Source: an uncultured Clostridia bacterium
Lineage (GTDB): Bacteria > Bacillota > Clostridia > Christensenellales > UBA3700
Length of the DNA: 62,892 bases
Assembly (NCBI GenBank): GCA_946615965.1
Contig: CAMOIC010000004.1
Coordinates: 1 to 62,892, forward strand
Reading direction: 5' to 3'
In this document: piece by piece, positions 51,995 to 61,011 of the stretch
Layout: the number at the start of each line of letters is the position of its first letter
How positions within the stretch are numbered: position 1 is the first letter of the stretch
Program-made: the position numbers and the translations under genes
Notes under the pieces: model-generated
The model's database searches: none
Told to the model about the DNA's origin: nothing
The model's input: the letters and a program-made list of their open reading frames with translations, nothing else

Positions 51995-52207
51995 ATAGCC
52001 TCGCATAGTATTATACTATAATATATTTTTATTAATCAATCGCGATTTAATTAAGCCCAAAATAACAGTTATCATTTTAGTTGTCACACCTTTATCACAC
52101 CTTAAAAATCTTCACCACACTGCCTTTATTTTCTATCTGTCACAATTTGCAGTATTGTTGTCACAAAATTGTTGCAAAGCCCTATCCTTCTTTATATAAT
52201 AATATAC

Positions 52208-53875
52208 ATGAGCGATAATATAATATTAACACCTATGCAACTTTGGAAAGACTATGATCCTCACTCAGAGCCTCTTAGACCTTCTTATTTAAAGTTTGAC
52301 GAAAAGGACACTATATATGAGCTTGAAGCTTACATAAATGGTGATTCCTATGATGGTGAAAATATTAGAATTTATGTTCAAGGTTTTATTCCAATTAATT
52401 CGAATATCAATTCAAACATTATATTCGTAAATGATAAATCCGAAAAAGGTGGTATATCTCAAAACCAAATCCAATTTTCAAAAGAGGGTTTTGGTGTATT
52501 TACTTTTGATTATTATGGTCATACATTTTCATCAAATAAATATACAAGATATCCAAAAGCTATTAGCTATGCTAATTACACAAAAGCTGGTGATCATATA
52601 AACCACGCTACCCCAACAGCTAAAGATACATCTATCTTTATTTGGGACAAAGTGTGTATGAAGGTTATTAACCTTGTAAAGCAGCTTAGAGGAGATGACA
52701 CACAAATCATCTTAGCTGGAATACAAACGGGTGCAGATATTGCTTGGCAAGTTGCCGCTATAGACAAAAGAGTTGACGCTATTGCAACAACATTAAATGC
52801 TGGATGGAAAGAATATAAAGATTATCCAAAACTTGCAGATATTGAAATGCCACTAGATGACGAAAGAAAACGTTGGTTTACAGGTTCTGCAACAGCCACA
52901 TATCTTAAGTTCATAAAATGCCCTGTTTTATGTATGAATTCAACTAATGGTTCCTTAACACCTTTAGATAGAATTCAAGATACAATGCAACAACTTAAAG
53001 AGAATAAAGCTAAAACTAATTTATATGTAGCAGCTGGTCTTTCAGATACTATTAACTCTAGTACAAAAAACACACTTCTTTATTGGGCTAAGTGCTTAGC
53101 AACAAAGAAGAAAATGGAAAAAGACCCTACTATGACACTTATTAAAAACAAGGACGGAAGACTTATAGCAACAGTTAAAGCAGATAAATCTTCTGAAATA
53201 GAAAAAATAACTGTACATTACAGTTATGATGAGCTAAATCCTATGCTTAGATCTTGGCTATCTCAACCAATATCTCTTCAGGATTTATATACAGATATCC
53301 CTGTATATAATGAAACTCAACTTGTTTTTGCATACGCAACTGTTGTATACAAAAGCGGCTACAGTTTATCTTCTATACAAGAATATATGTACACACCTCA
53401 AAATGAAGACTTCATTAGAGTCAACATTCCAAGAAGCAGAATAATCTACCAAAAGAATTTTGGAACTAAAGGATGGATTGTTGAACAAGCCAAAACAGTA
53501 TTAGACTTCCTTGAAGTAAAACAAGAAGAAGGTCCACTTAAAATCGCAGGTATAACAAGCCCTGTAGGAGATTTAAGCACATATACAATTGGTGACTATA
53601 AATACAAGAGCGATGCGCAAAATATACTACAATTTGACGCTGTAGCAACACAAGATAGAAAACTTACAGTAGGCATAATTGCAGGCGCTCCTGGTAAATA
53701 TGATTCATATTTTGCCACCCTATCTTTAAAGGCAAACAAATGGACAAAGTGTTCACTAAAGATTTCGGACTTCAAGACAAGTGGATACGTTCCATTAAGA
53801 GAATGGGGAAATATAAAGAAGTTGACATTCAAGAACATAGATAGCACATTAATTAGCAACATAATATGGGTGTAA
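52208..53875 (+). CDS. Alpha/beta-hydrolase-fold protein with C-terminal CBM-like domain; nucleophile apparently absent
   Basis: GFGVFTFDYYG; LAGIQTGADIAW at the nucleophile-elbow position; YLKFIKCPVL; C-terminal WTKCSLKISDFK...WGNIKKLTF. Confidence 0.6.
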   Translation: MSDNIILTPMQLWKDYDPHSEPLRPSYLKFDEKDTIYELEAYINGDSYDGENIRIYVQGFIPINSNINSNIIFVNDKSEKGGISQNQIQFSKEGFGVFTFDYYGHTFSSNKYTRYPKAISYANYTKAGDHINHATPTAKDTSIFIWDKVCMKVINLVKQLRGDDTQIILAGIQTGADIAWQVAAIDKRVDAIATTLNAGWKEYKDYPKLADIEMPLDDERKRWFTGSATATYLKFIKCPVLCMNSTNGSLTPLDRIQDTMQQLKENKAKTNLYVAAGLSDTINSSTKNTLLYWAKCLATKKKMEKDPTMTLIKNKDGRLIATVKADKSSEIEKITVHYSYDELNPMLRSWLSQPISLQDLYTDIPVYNETQLVFAYATVVYKSGYSLSSIQEYMYTPQNEDFIRVNIPRSRIIYQKNFGTKGWIVEQAKTVLDFLEVKQEEGPLKIAGITSPVGDLSTYTIGDYKYKSDAQNILQFDAVATQDRKLTVGIIAGAPGKYDSYFATLSLKANKWTKCSLKISDFKTSGYVPLREWGNIKKLTFKNIDSTLISNIIWV

Positions 53876-53876
53876 A

Positions 53877-54449
53877 ATGAACAATTATAGTATGACTAGA
53901 AATGAGAATAATAAAGCAAAAACAACAGTTATTAGAACCTTAAATACTTTATTGGTTTTAATAATAATTCTACTTGTTTTTATTATTGCTTCAATAAACA
54001 CATTATGGGCACCTTTTACAGTTAATGGTCCATCTATGGAAAACACATTCTTTAGTGATGACAAGATAATTATCGTGAAAAGAGGCTACACTCTAGACTA
54101 CGGAGATATTATTGTTTTCAACAGAAGCGATGTTGATCGTAAAGTAATTAAAAGAGTTATTGCTCTACCTAATGACCATATTAGATATAGCAAGATTGAA
54201 AAAGCATGGTATAGAAATGGAGAAAAATTAATCGAGAACTACGTAAAAGAAGAATACTCTGATTCATATTTATCTTCAACATCTACAGATATAGACATTT
54301 ACTCTGCCCTTACATCACAAGAAGGGTTATTAGTAAATGAGGGAGAGATCTTCGTATTAGGAGATAACAGAAATGATTCATATGATTCACATTCATATGG
54401 AGCTATCTCTCAAGAATCAATTATAGGCAAGTATTTATTTAAATATTAA
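53877..54449 (+). CDS. lepB: Signal peptidase I
   Basis: VNGPSMENT (Ser); VIKRVIA (Lys); GDNRNDSYDS; single N-terminal TM. Confidence 0.93.
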   Translation: MNNYSMTRNENNKAKTTVIRTLNTLLVLIIILLVFIIASINTLWAPFTVNGPSMENTFFSDDKIIIVKRGYTLDYGDIIVFNRSDVDRKVIKRVIALPNDHIRYSKIEKAWYRNGEKLIENYVKEEYSDSYLSSTSTDIDIYSALTSQEGLLVNEGEIFVLGDNRNDSYDSHSYGAISQESIIGKYLFKY

Positions 54450-54471
54450 CATTTGGTGAGGTTAAAAGAGT

Positions 54472-54660
54472 ATGAAAAACAGTGACAGACAAGCAAAACT
54501 AGACAAACAAAAATGGGCTTTATCTGAACAAGCAGGACGAGATATGTGTGGCACATTCGAACACTGTCAAGTTTGCAAGCATGAAGCAAAGTATCCATGT
54601 GCAAAAGCTTATATTAGAGCACATAGAACAGCAGATAAAGAATTAGAAGAAGTAGAATAA
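54472..54660 (+). CDS. Small Cys-rich hypothetical protein (62 aa)
   Basis: GAGG SD; MCGTFEHCQVC...YPCAKAY; fills the gap between lepB and the ACT gene. Confidence 0.7.
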   Translation: MKNSDRQAKLDKQKWALSEQAGRDMCGTFEHCQVCKHEAKYPCAKAYIRAHRTADKELEEVE

Positions 54661-54676
54661 TAAGGAGAGATACAAA

Positions 54677-54967
54677 ATGAAAGCTATTGTTTCAGTTATC
54701 GGAAAAGATAAGAAAGGTATCATTGCTAAGGTTTCAACAGCTTTATGCGATATGGATATCAACATTGAGAATATTTCTCAAACAATTATGCAAGAGTATT
54801 TCACAATGATTATGGCTGTAGATTTTACAGATTCTAAATTAAAATTTACTCAAATCGCAGAAAACTTAACAAAACTTGGAGAAAAAGAAGGTGTTGAAAT
54901 TCATATTCAATTACAATCTATTTTCGACAGCATGCATCAAATTGCAACAGGCAATTCAAAGGTTTAA
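54677..54967 (+). CDS. ACT domain protein (UPF0237)
   Basis: [16 protein letters not shown]...[18 protein letters not shown]...IFDSMH; paired with the UPF0210 gene. Confidence 0.9.
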   Translation: MKAIVSVIGKDKKGIIAKVSTALCDMDINIENISQTIMQEYFTMIMAVDFTDSKLKFTQIAENLTKLGEKEGVEIHIQLQSIFDSMHQIATGNSKV

Positions 54968-54975
54968 GAGGATAT

Positions 54976-56325
54976 ATGTATACAAGTAATGAAATAATGG
55001 AAACCATAAATATGGTTTCACATCAACATTTAGATGTAAGAACAATAACATTAGGTATTTCCCTATTTGATTGTATTACCGACGACAAAAAGAAAACTTG
55101 CGACAAAATCTACGACAAGATTATGAGAAAAGCAGCTAATCTTGTTCAAGTTGGCGAAGACATTTCTAATGAAATCGGCGTACCAATTGTTAATAAGAGA
55201 ATCTCTGTAACTCCAGTTAGTTTAATAAGCGCTGCATCAAAAGGTCACTTAGAAATAATCAGAACTTTGGATAAGGCTGCAAAAGAAACAGGTGTTAATT
55301 TCCTTGGTGGTTATACTGCCCTTGTTCATAAAGGAATGACACCATATGAAAAAGAATTTATTTTATCTATTCCAGAAGCTTTAGCAACAACAGAAAGAGT
55401 TTGCTCTTCTATTAACGTTGCTACAACAAAGGCTGGTATCAACATGGATGCCGTTAAGCTTATGGGTAAAGTCATAAAAGACACTGCTTATCTTACAAAA
55501 GATCAAGATTCTATTGGATGTGCAAAACTTGTAGTATTTGCAAATGCAGTAGAAGATAACCCATTTATGGCAGGCGCATTCCTTGGCGTTGGCGAAGATG
55601 ACACTGTTGTAAATGTCGGCGTATCTGGCCCAGGTGTTGTTAAAAAAGCATTAGAATCATGCTCTGGTGATTTAACAGAAGTTGCTGAATGTATTAAGCA
55701 AACAGCATTCAAGATTACAAGAGTAGGACAACTAGTATCTAAGGAAGCTTCAAGAAGATTAAATGCTTCTACTGGTATTGTAGATTTATCTTTAGCACCT
55801 ACTCCAGTAGTTGGCGATAGCGTTGCTCATATTCTTGAAGAAATCGGTTTAGAGAGCGTTGGTGGTTTTGGTACAACTGCTACACTTGCTATGTTAAATG
55901 ATGCCGTAAAGAAAGGCGGCATTATGGCTTGCTCATCTGTTGGCGGATTATCTGGCGCATTTATTCCTGTATCTGAAGATGCTGGTATGATTAAAGGTGT
56001 TGAAACAGGTAATTTAACACTTGAAAAATTAGAAGCTATGACAGCTGTATGTTCAGTAGGCTTAGACATGTTCGCCGTTCCTGGTGACACATCTGCTGAA
56101 GTATTATCTGCTATTATTGCAGACGAAATCGCTATCGGCGTTGTAAACCAAAAAACAACTGCTGTTAGAGTAATTCCTGTATATGGCAAAAAGGCTGGAG
56201 AATACGCTGAATTTGGCGGCCTATTAGGTCAAGCACCTATTATGAATATAAACACATCTAGCCCTGCTAAATTCATTAATCGTGGTGGTAGAATTCCAGC
56301 TCCATTACATAGCTTTAAGAACTAG
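54976..56325 (+). CDS. PFL-superfamily protein UPF0210 (DUF711)
   Basis: [12 protein letters not shown]; [11 protein letters not shown]; [15 protein letters not shown]; [13 protein letters not shown]. Confidence 0.92.
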   Translation: MYTSNEIMETINMVSHQHLDVRTITLGISLFDCITDDKKKTCDKIYDKIMRKAANLVQVGEDISNEIGVPIVNKRISVTPVSLISAASKGHLEIIRTLDKAAKETGVNFLGGYTALVHKGMTPYEKEFILSIPEALATTERVCSSINVATTKAGINMDAVKLMGKVIKDTAYLTKDQDSIGCAKLVVFANAVEDNPFMAGAFLGVGEDDTVVNVGVSGPGVVKKALESCSGDLTEVAECIKQTAFKITRVGQLVSKEASRRLNASTGIVDLSLAPTPVVGDSVAHILEEIGLESVGGFGTTATLAMLNDAVKKGGIMACSSVGGLSGAFIPVSEDAGMIKGVETGNLTLEKLEAMTAVCSVGLDMFAVPGDTSAEVLSAIIADEIAIGVVNQKTTAVRVIPVYGKKAGEYAEFGGLLGQAPIMNINTSSPAKFINRGGRIPAPLHSFKN

Positions 56326-56333
56326 GAGAAATT

Positions 56334-57056
56334 ATGTTAATTGAAGGAAGAAATCCAATAAAAGAAGCTCTTGCAAGCGAGAAACTTACTATGACAAAAT
56401 TATGTGTTGCTAAAGGCGCACATGATTTACAGCCTATTGTCGATGAGGCTAAATCAAAAGGCATTAGAGTAGAATTCGTAGATAGAGTTATGCTAGATAG
56501 AATTAGTGAGACAAAACATCACCAAGGACTTATAGCATACGCTGAAGAATTTAAGTACGCTTCTTTAGAGGATGTTCTTACTCCAAAAGAGGGCAAGCCT
56601 CTTTTCATACTTCTTTTAGACAATATAGAAGATCCACACAATTTAGGAAGCATTATAAGAGTTGCAGACTGTTTAGGAGTTGATGGCATTGTCATCCCAA
56701 ATAAACGTGCTGCAACAGTAAATGCTACCGTTTTAAAAGTATCTGCAGGCGCAGCTTCACATGTTAAAATCGCAATAGTAAACAACATTAATGACGTTAT
56801 TAGAAAATTAAAAGATAATTTCGTAACAGTATGTTGTGCAGATATGGATGGTGAGGTTTTATATAACGCCCATCTAGATGGAGATATTGCCGTTGTTATC
56901 GGTAATGAAGGACATGGTGTAAAACAATTAACTGGAAAACTTTGCGACAAAACAATAGCTATTCCTCAATTTGGAAAAGTTAATTCATTAAATGCATCTG
57001 TAGCTTGCGGAATTATTTGTTCTGAAATCGTAAGACAAAGAAATTTTAAAGCTTAA
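56334..57056 (+). CDS. rlmB: 23S rRNA Gm2251 2'-O-methyltransferase (SpoU/TrmH family)
   Basis: IEGRNPIKEAL; HHQG; DPHNLGSIIR; IGNEGHG; SLNASVA. Confidence 0.92.
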   Translation: MLIEGRNPIKEALASEKLTMTKLCVAKGAHDLQPIVDEAKSKGIRVEFVDRVMLDRISETKHHQGLIAYAEEFKYASLEDVLTPKEGKPLFILLLDNIEDPHNLGSIIRVADCLGVDGIVIPNKRAATVNATVLKVSAGAASHVKIAIVNNINDVIRKLKDNFVTVCCADMDGEVLYNAHLDGDIAVVIGNEGHGVKQLTGKLCDKTIAIPQFGKVNSLNASVACGIICSEIVRQRNFKA

Positions 57057-57625
57057 TTTAAATCCTTAAGCACTCTTTTAACTTGTTGTAAAATATTATC
57101 TATTGCCTTGGTAGTTTTACCAAGTTGCTCTGCTATTTCGGCATAAGAACACTTTTGATTATATAAATTTAACACTTCCTTTTGAGTCTTATTAAGTGCC
57201 AAATCTATACTCTCTAGCGTTTCTTTTTCTATTAATAAATCTTCTGGAGTTTTCTCATTAGAAGTTAAATCCTCTAAAACGTCGTCTATGTTTATAGGAT
57301 TATTTAACGCTTTATTACCATTTGTATTTTGAGATCTTAAAAAATCCAAGATATTATTTCTAATACACTTACTAGCATAAGTGTAGAATTTTATAGCCTT
57401 ATTCTCATTAAAGCTATCTATTGCAGATAATAGCCCCATTCTACCTTCTTGCATTAAGTCATTCATATCATCATCAAAGCATTTAGATTTCTTTATATCT
57501 AATACAATCGCCTTAATGATTCCATCAAATAAAGAGATAAGTTCATTAATTTCCTTATCACAATTAACATCATTTTTCTTCTTATTAAGAATCTCCTGAT
57601 ATTTAATTTCTATCTCTTTATTCAT
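57053..57625 (-). CDS. sigH: SigH-like sigma-70 factor
   Basis: DLMQEGRMGLLSAIDSF; FYTYASKCIRN; KALN; TPEDLLI; SYAEIAEQLGKTTKAIDNILQQVK; adjacent to mrnC/rlmB. Confidence 0.75.
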   Translation of the reverse strand: MNKEIEIKYQEILNKKKNDVNCDKEINELISLFDGIIKAIVLDIKKSKCFDDDMNDLMQEGRMGLLSAIDSFNENKAIKFYTYASKCIRNNILDFLRSQNTNGNKALNNPINIDDVLEDLTSNEKTPEDLLIEKETLESIDLALNKTQKEVLNLYNQKCSYAEIAEQLGKTTKAIDNILQQVKRVLKDLN

Positions 57626-58016
57626 TATCTAGAATCTCTTTTAATCTATCTTGTTGTCCTGTTATATATAAGAATCCAACTACTGCTTCAAAACCTGTAG
57701 CTTCTAAATACTCTGTTACAGAAGCGTTTTTAGCAACGTTATTTACGTGCGAATTTCTTGCCCTTAGGAAGATTCCCTTCTCTTCTTCTGTAAGTGTGTC
57801 TAAAAGGGCTAAAATCCTCTTAGATTGAGCCTTAGCCTTAACTTCGTCAGATACTTTAAGGTGTAACTTGTGAGCTTTTAGTGTAGTAGATGATGCGTAT
57901 TTCATTCTTGAATATAAAGAATGAACAGCATCTCCAATATAAGCAAGCACGAGAGGGTTCATCTCTCGCGCTTGTGCTATAGTTTTTATTTCTTTATTTT
58001 CTGGTATAAAACTCAT
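57618..58016 (-). CDS. mrnC: Mini-ribonuclease III
   Basis: PLVLAYIGDAV; KAQS; RARNS; YLEATGFEAVVGFLY. Confidence 0.92.
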   Translation of the reverse strand: MSFIPENKEIKTIAQAREMNPLVLAYIGDAVHSLYSRMKYASSTTLKAHKLHLKVSDEVKAKAQSKRILALLDTLTEEEKGIFLRARNSHVNNVAKNASVTEYLEATGFEAVVGFLYITGQQDRLKEILDNE

Positions 58017-58672
58017 TATTTGCTGTACTTAGAAACGAAATAATCGAATAATAGTTCATCGCTATATTCTTTTGCTCCAGTAGCCTTTAGAGTCATTTGC
58101 TTAATATATTCATAAGAACTCTTTTCCATAATTCTTAAGATTTCAAAAGCTTCATCCATATCTTTACCAGCACAGAATACACCATGGTTAGCCATAAAGC
58201 ATGCATTTCTTCCTTCCATAGCAGCAACTGTACCTTCCTTTAACTTCTTAGTTCCAGGAAGTCCATAAGCACCAACTCTAACTGGGCCACCTACTAATTT
58301 TTGCATTTCATCACTCATTACAGGAAGTTCAATTCTGCAAGAAGCTAAGATTGAGCAATAAATTGGGTGTGAGTGAATTGTTGCGCAAACATCTGGTCTT
58401 GCAGCCATAATAGCGGCATGAATCTTTCTTTCAGATGTAGGCTTCTTTCCATCACTCCAAATTGAAGGATCGCTGATTTGAACAACAGGCATATCTTCTG
58501 GAGTAAGAGAGATATAATCAAGACCTGTTGGAGTAACTAGCATATGATCTTCATCAAGTCTAGCTGCTGTATTTCCCCATGTACCTTGAACTAGGTTTTC
58601 CTTTAATAAGTTAACACCACTATCCTTAATAACTTGTCTAAGTTCTTTTTCTTTTTCTTTAGTCCATGCCAT
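58016..58672 (-). CDS. Class II aldolase/adducin family protein (FucA-like)
   Basis: GTWGN; VTPTG; PTSERKIH; IHSHP; ANHG. Confidence 0.9.
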   Translation of the reverse strand: MAWTKEKEKELRQVIKDSGVNLLKENLVQGTWGNTAARLDEDHMLVTPTGLDYISLTPEDMPVVQISDPSIWSDGKKPTSERKIHAAIMAARPDVCATIHSHPIYCSILASCRIELPVMSDEMQKLVGGPVRVGAYGLPGTKKLKEGTVAAMEGRNACFMANHGVFCAGKDMDEAFEILRIMEKSSYEYIKQMTLKATGAKEYSDELLFDYFVSKYSK

Positions 58673-58676
58673 AGTA

Positions 58677-59300
58677 TTATTCCTCCTCGATTTGTAAGTT
58701 AGCTTGGTTTGCCTTACTATACTTCTTTTGGTAAACGAATTGCATTAATTTTGCTTCGAAGAAAGAGATTGTTACATTCTTTCCAATTACTGAACTTGCT
58801 ACAAAGCAATGGCAAGCCTTATCTAATACTAAAACACATGTATATGCTTCATCGATAGTTCTACCTGTTGTAATACAACCATCATCTTTAATTAATGTAG
58901 AATTGTGTCCCTTTAAATTCTTAACAATAGAAGAAACTTCATTCTTAGCACAATAGCACTTAGGTCCAACGATTTGAGCCATATCATCTAGAACTGTTGG
59001 GATTGTAGCACCAGCCTTAGCAACTGGGTTAACCCACTTTGGATGAATATGAACAATCGCATTTGATTCTTCCTTGTTGATATATACGTTAGCATGTAGA
59101 GCATATTCACTATCTTTACATGTTGCCATTTCTACCTTTTCAATGTCGTTTTCTGTAAGCTTAGCTAATTCAACGCCTACTTTTGAAGCGTACATATAGC
59201 CGCCACGTGCTCTCATAGAAATACAAGCCTTATCGTCATTAAGACCTTCTTCTACAAGTCTTTTTGCATACTCTAGTATTTTCTCAACGTAAGTATTCAT
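58677..59300 (-). CDS. Class II aldolase/adducin family paralog with degenerate metal site
   Basis: SEYALH and VHIHP retained; IKDDG in place of xNHG; no GN motif. Confidence 0.8.
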   Translation of the reverse strand: MNTYVEKILEYAKRLVEEGLNDDKACISMRARGGYMYASKVGVELAKLTENDIEKVEMATCKDSEYALHANVYINKEESNAIVHIHPKWVNPVAKAGATIPTVLDDMAQIVGPKCYCAKNEVSSIVKNLKGHNSTLIKDDGCITTGRTIDEAYTCVLVLDKACHCFVASSVIGKNVTISFFEAKLMQFVYQKKYSKANQANLQIEEE

Positions 59301-59328
59301 AAACTTCTCCTTCCTCTTTATATTTTAT

Positions 59329-60927
59329 TTAATTGTTCTTATTTAATATTGCAAAAGCTTTTTTATTTTGTTTGTATAAAGATTTAAATACTTCAAATCC
59401 TTTATCATAAACTTCTGCTTTTAATTTCATATTTGGATTAAATACCTTCTTTGCTGGTATATATTTCTTAATATCAGTAAATGATGGAATTGCTCCAATA
59501 CCAACACCAACACAAGCAGCAGCACCAACTGCACCAATGTTTTGTGGGCTTTCTACTGTTTCAATTACGTGACCAGTAATATCTGCTAATACTTGGCATG
59601 TAAAGTCGTCTAATGCACCACCACCAACGAATCTAATAACATCTGATGGTTTAACCTTCTTTGCAGAAGCTTCAAGCATCCAACGCTTATGGTAGCAAAT
59701 ACCCTCAAGTACAGCTCTAATTAAGTCTCTCTTACCTGTATCAAGACTAATATTAAAGAACATACCTCTAGCATTTGAATCTTCAAATGGACATCTATTA
59801 CCATGAAGCCATGGAGTAAATATAACGCCACCAGAACCTGCTGGAACGTCTTCAACTACAGATATCATATATTTAAATAAGTTGATATATTTAGATTCTA
59901 AATCATCAGTAATCTTTTGCTTCTTAGAATAAACACCAACCTCATCTAATGCGATATGGTCTTTTACCCATTCAAAACACTTACTTGATGTTTCTAATTC
60001 TGCGAAATAATTATATCTTCCAGGCTCAGCTGCAACGCATGCTGCAATCATATACTTTGCATCAACAACAGATTTATCTGTAATTGTGCCAACCCAACCA
60101 GAAGTTCCACTATAGATGTGTGTATCACCAAGTTCTGTAGAACCAGCGCCTACACCAATTAAGTTCGCATCCATACCACCGCCATATACTTTAATACCTT
60201 TTGCAAGTCCAAGTTCTTTAGCAGCGCCTTCAGTTAATTCACCTGCAGCTTCTGTTGATGCAATTAATCTTGGCATATGTTCAATATTAACACCGAACAT
60301 ATTACACATAGTTTTAGAGAACTTTTGTTTTCTATAATCATACAACATAGTTCCGAATGCAGAATCGTAAGTCATAACAAACTCTCCTGTCATTCTACAG
60401 ATTAGATATTCTTTAACATCTAACCACTTATATACTTTTGCAAAATTCTCCGGTTCATGTTTTTTAACCCAATTATATTTCCAAACTGGGTCTTTAACAG
60501 AAAGTGGAGCAGCACCAGTAATAACTAATGCTGGCAATAATTTTCCAATGTTACCTCCGGAAATTTGTAAGCCATAAGACATACCTTCTTTTAATTCTTC
60601 CGAAGCTCTTTGATCCATATATGAGAATGCTCTATGTACAGGTACTCCGTTTTTATCTACAAGTACTAGACCTTGAGCTTGAGAACAGAAAGAAATTCCG
60701 TCAATATTTTCTGGCTTAAACTTTGCCTTTTCAAGAACCTTCTTTGTAGTTTGGCACATGCCTTCCCACCATTCATTTGGATCTTGCTCTGCTCCCCCAT
60801 CATCACTTACAAATAATTGGTAACCTTCAGAAGCTGAAGCTAGGATTTTAATACTATCTCCAATTTCTACTAAACAGGTCTTAATACCTGTTGTACCAAT
60901 ATCATAGGCTAATGCGTATTTTCCCAT
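59329..60927 (-). CDS. FGGY-family carbohydrate kinase (xylulokinase-like)
   Basis: YDIGTTGIK; AEQDP; MDQRA; GTSGW; PWLHGNRCP; VGGGA. Confidence 0.92.
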   Translation of the reverse strand: MGKYALAYDIGTTGIKTCLVEIGDSIKILASASEGYQLFVSDDGGAEQDPNEWWEGMCQTTKKVLEKAKFKPENIDGISFCSQAQGLVLVDKNGVPVHRAFSYMDQRASEELKEGMSYGLQISGGNIGKLLPALVITGAAPLSVKDPVWKYNWVKKHEPENFAKVYKWLDVKEYLICRMTGEFVMTYDSAFGTMLYDYRKQKFSKTMCNMFGVNIEHMPRLIASTEAAGELTEGAAKELGLAKGIKVYGGGMDANLIGVGAGSTELGDTHIYSGTSGWVGTITDKSVVDAKYMIAACVAAEPGRYNYFAELETSSKCFEWVKDHIALDEVGVYSKKQKITDDLESKYINLFKYMISVVEDVPAGSGGVIFTPWLHGNRCPFEDSNARGMFFNISLDTGKRDLIRAVLEGICYHKRWMLEASAKKVKPSDVIRFVGGGALDDFTCQVLADITGHVIETVESPQNIGAVGAAACVGVGIGAIPSFTDIKKYIPAKKVFNPNMKLKAEVYDKGFEVFKSLYKQNKKAFAILNKNN

Positions 60928-60954
60928 ATCTACTTATATCCCTTTAACTCTTTT

Positions 60955-60995
60955 AAAAAAATACATAAGGATTACGCGTGTGCGTAACCCTTATG
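60955..60995 (-). terminator. Hairpin/terminator between the aminotransferase and the kinase
   Basis: 14-bp stem (60964-60995, with a G-U pair on the minus strand) followed by TATTTTTTT. Confidence 0.75.
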
Positions 60996-61011
60996 CTTAA
61001 ATTGCTTTGAA

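Noticed and set aside
52081-52166. Possible DnaA boxes / replication origin
   Set aside because: The repeats are TTRTCACA, one base short of TTWTNCACA, and no dnaA/dnaN context is present.
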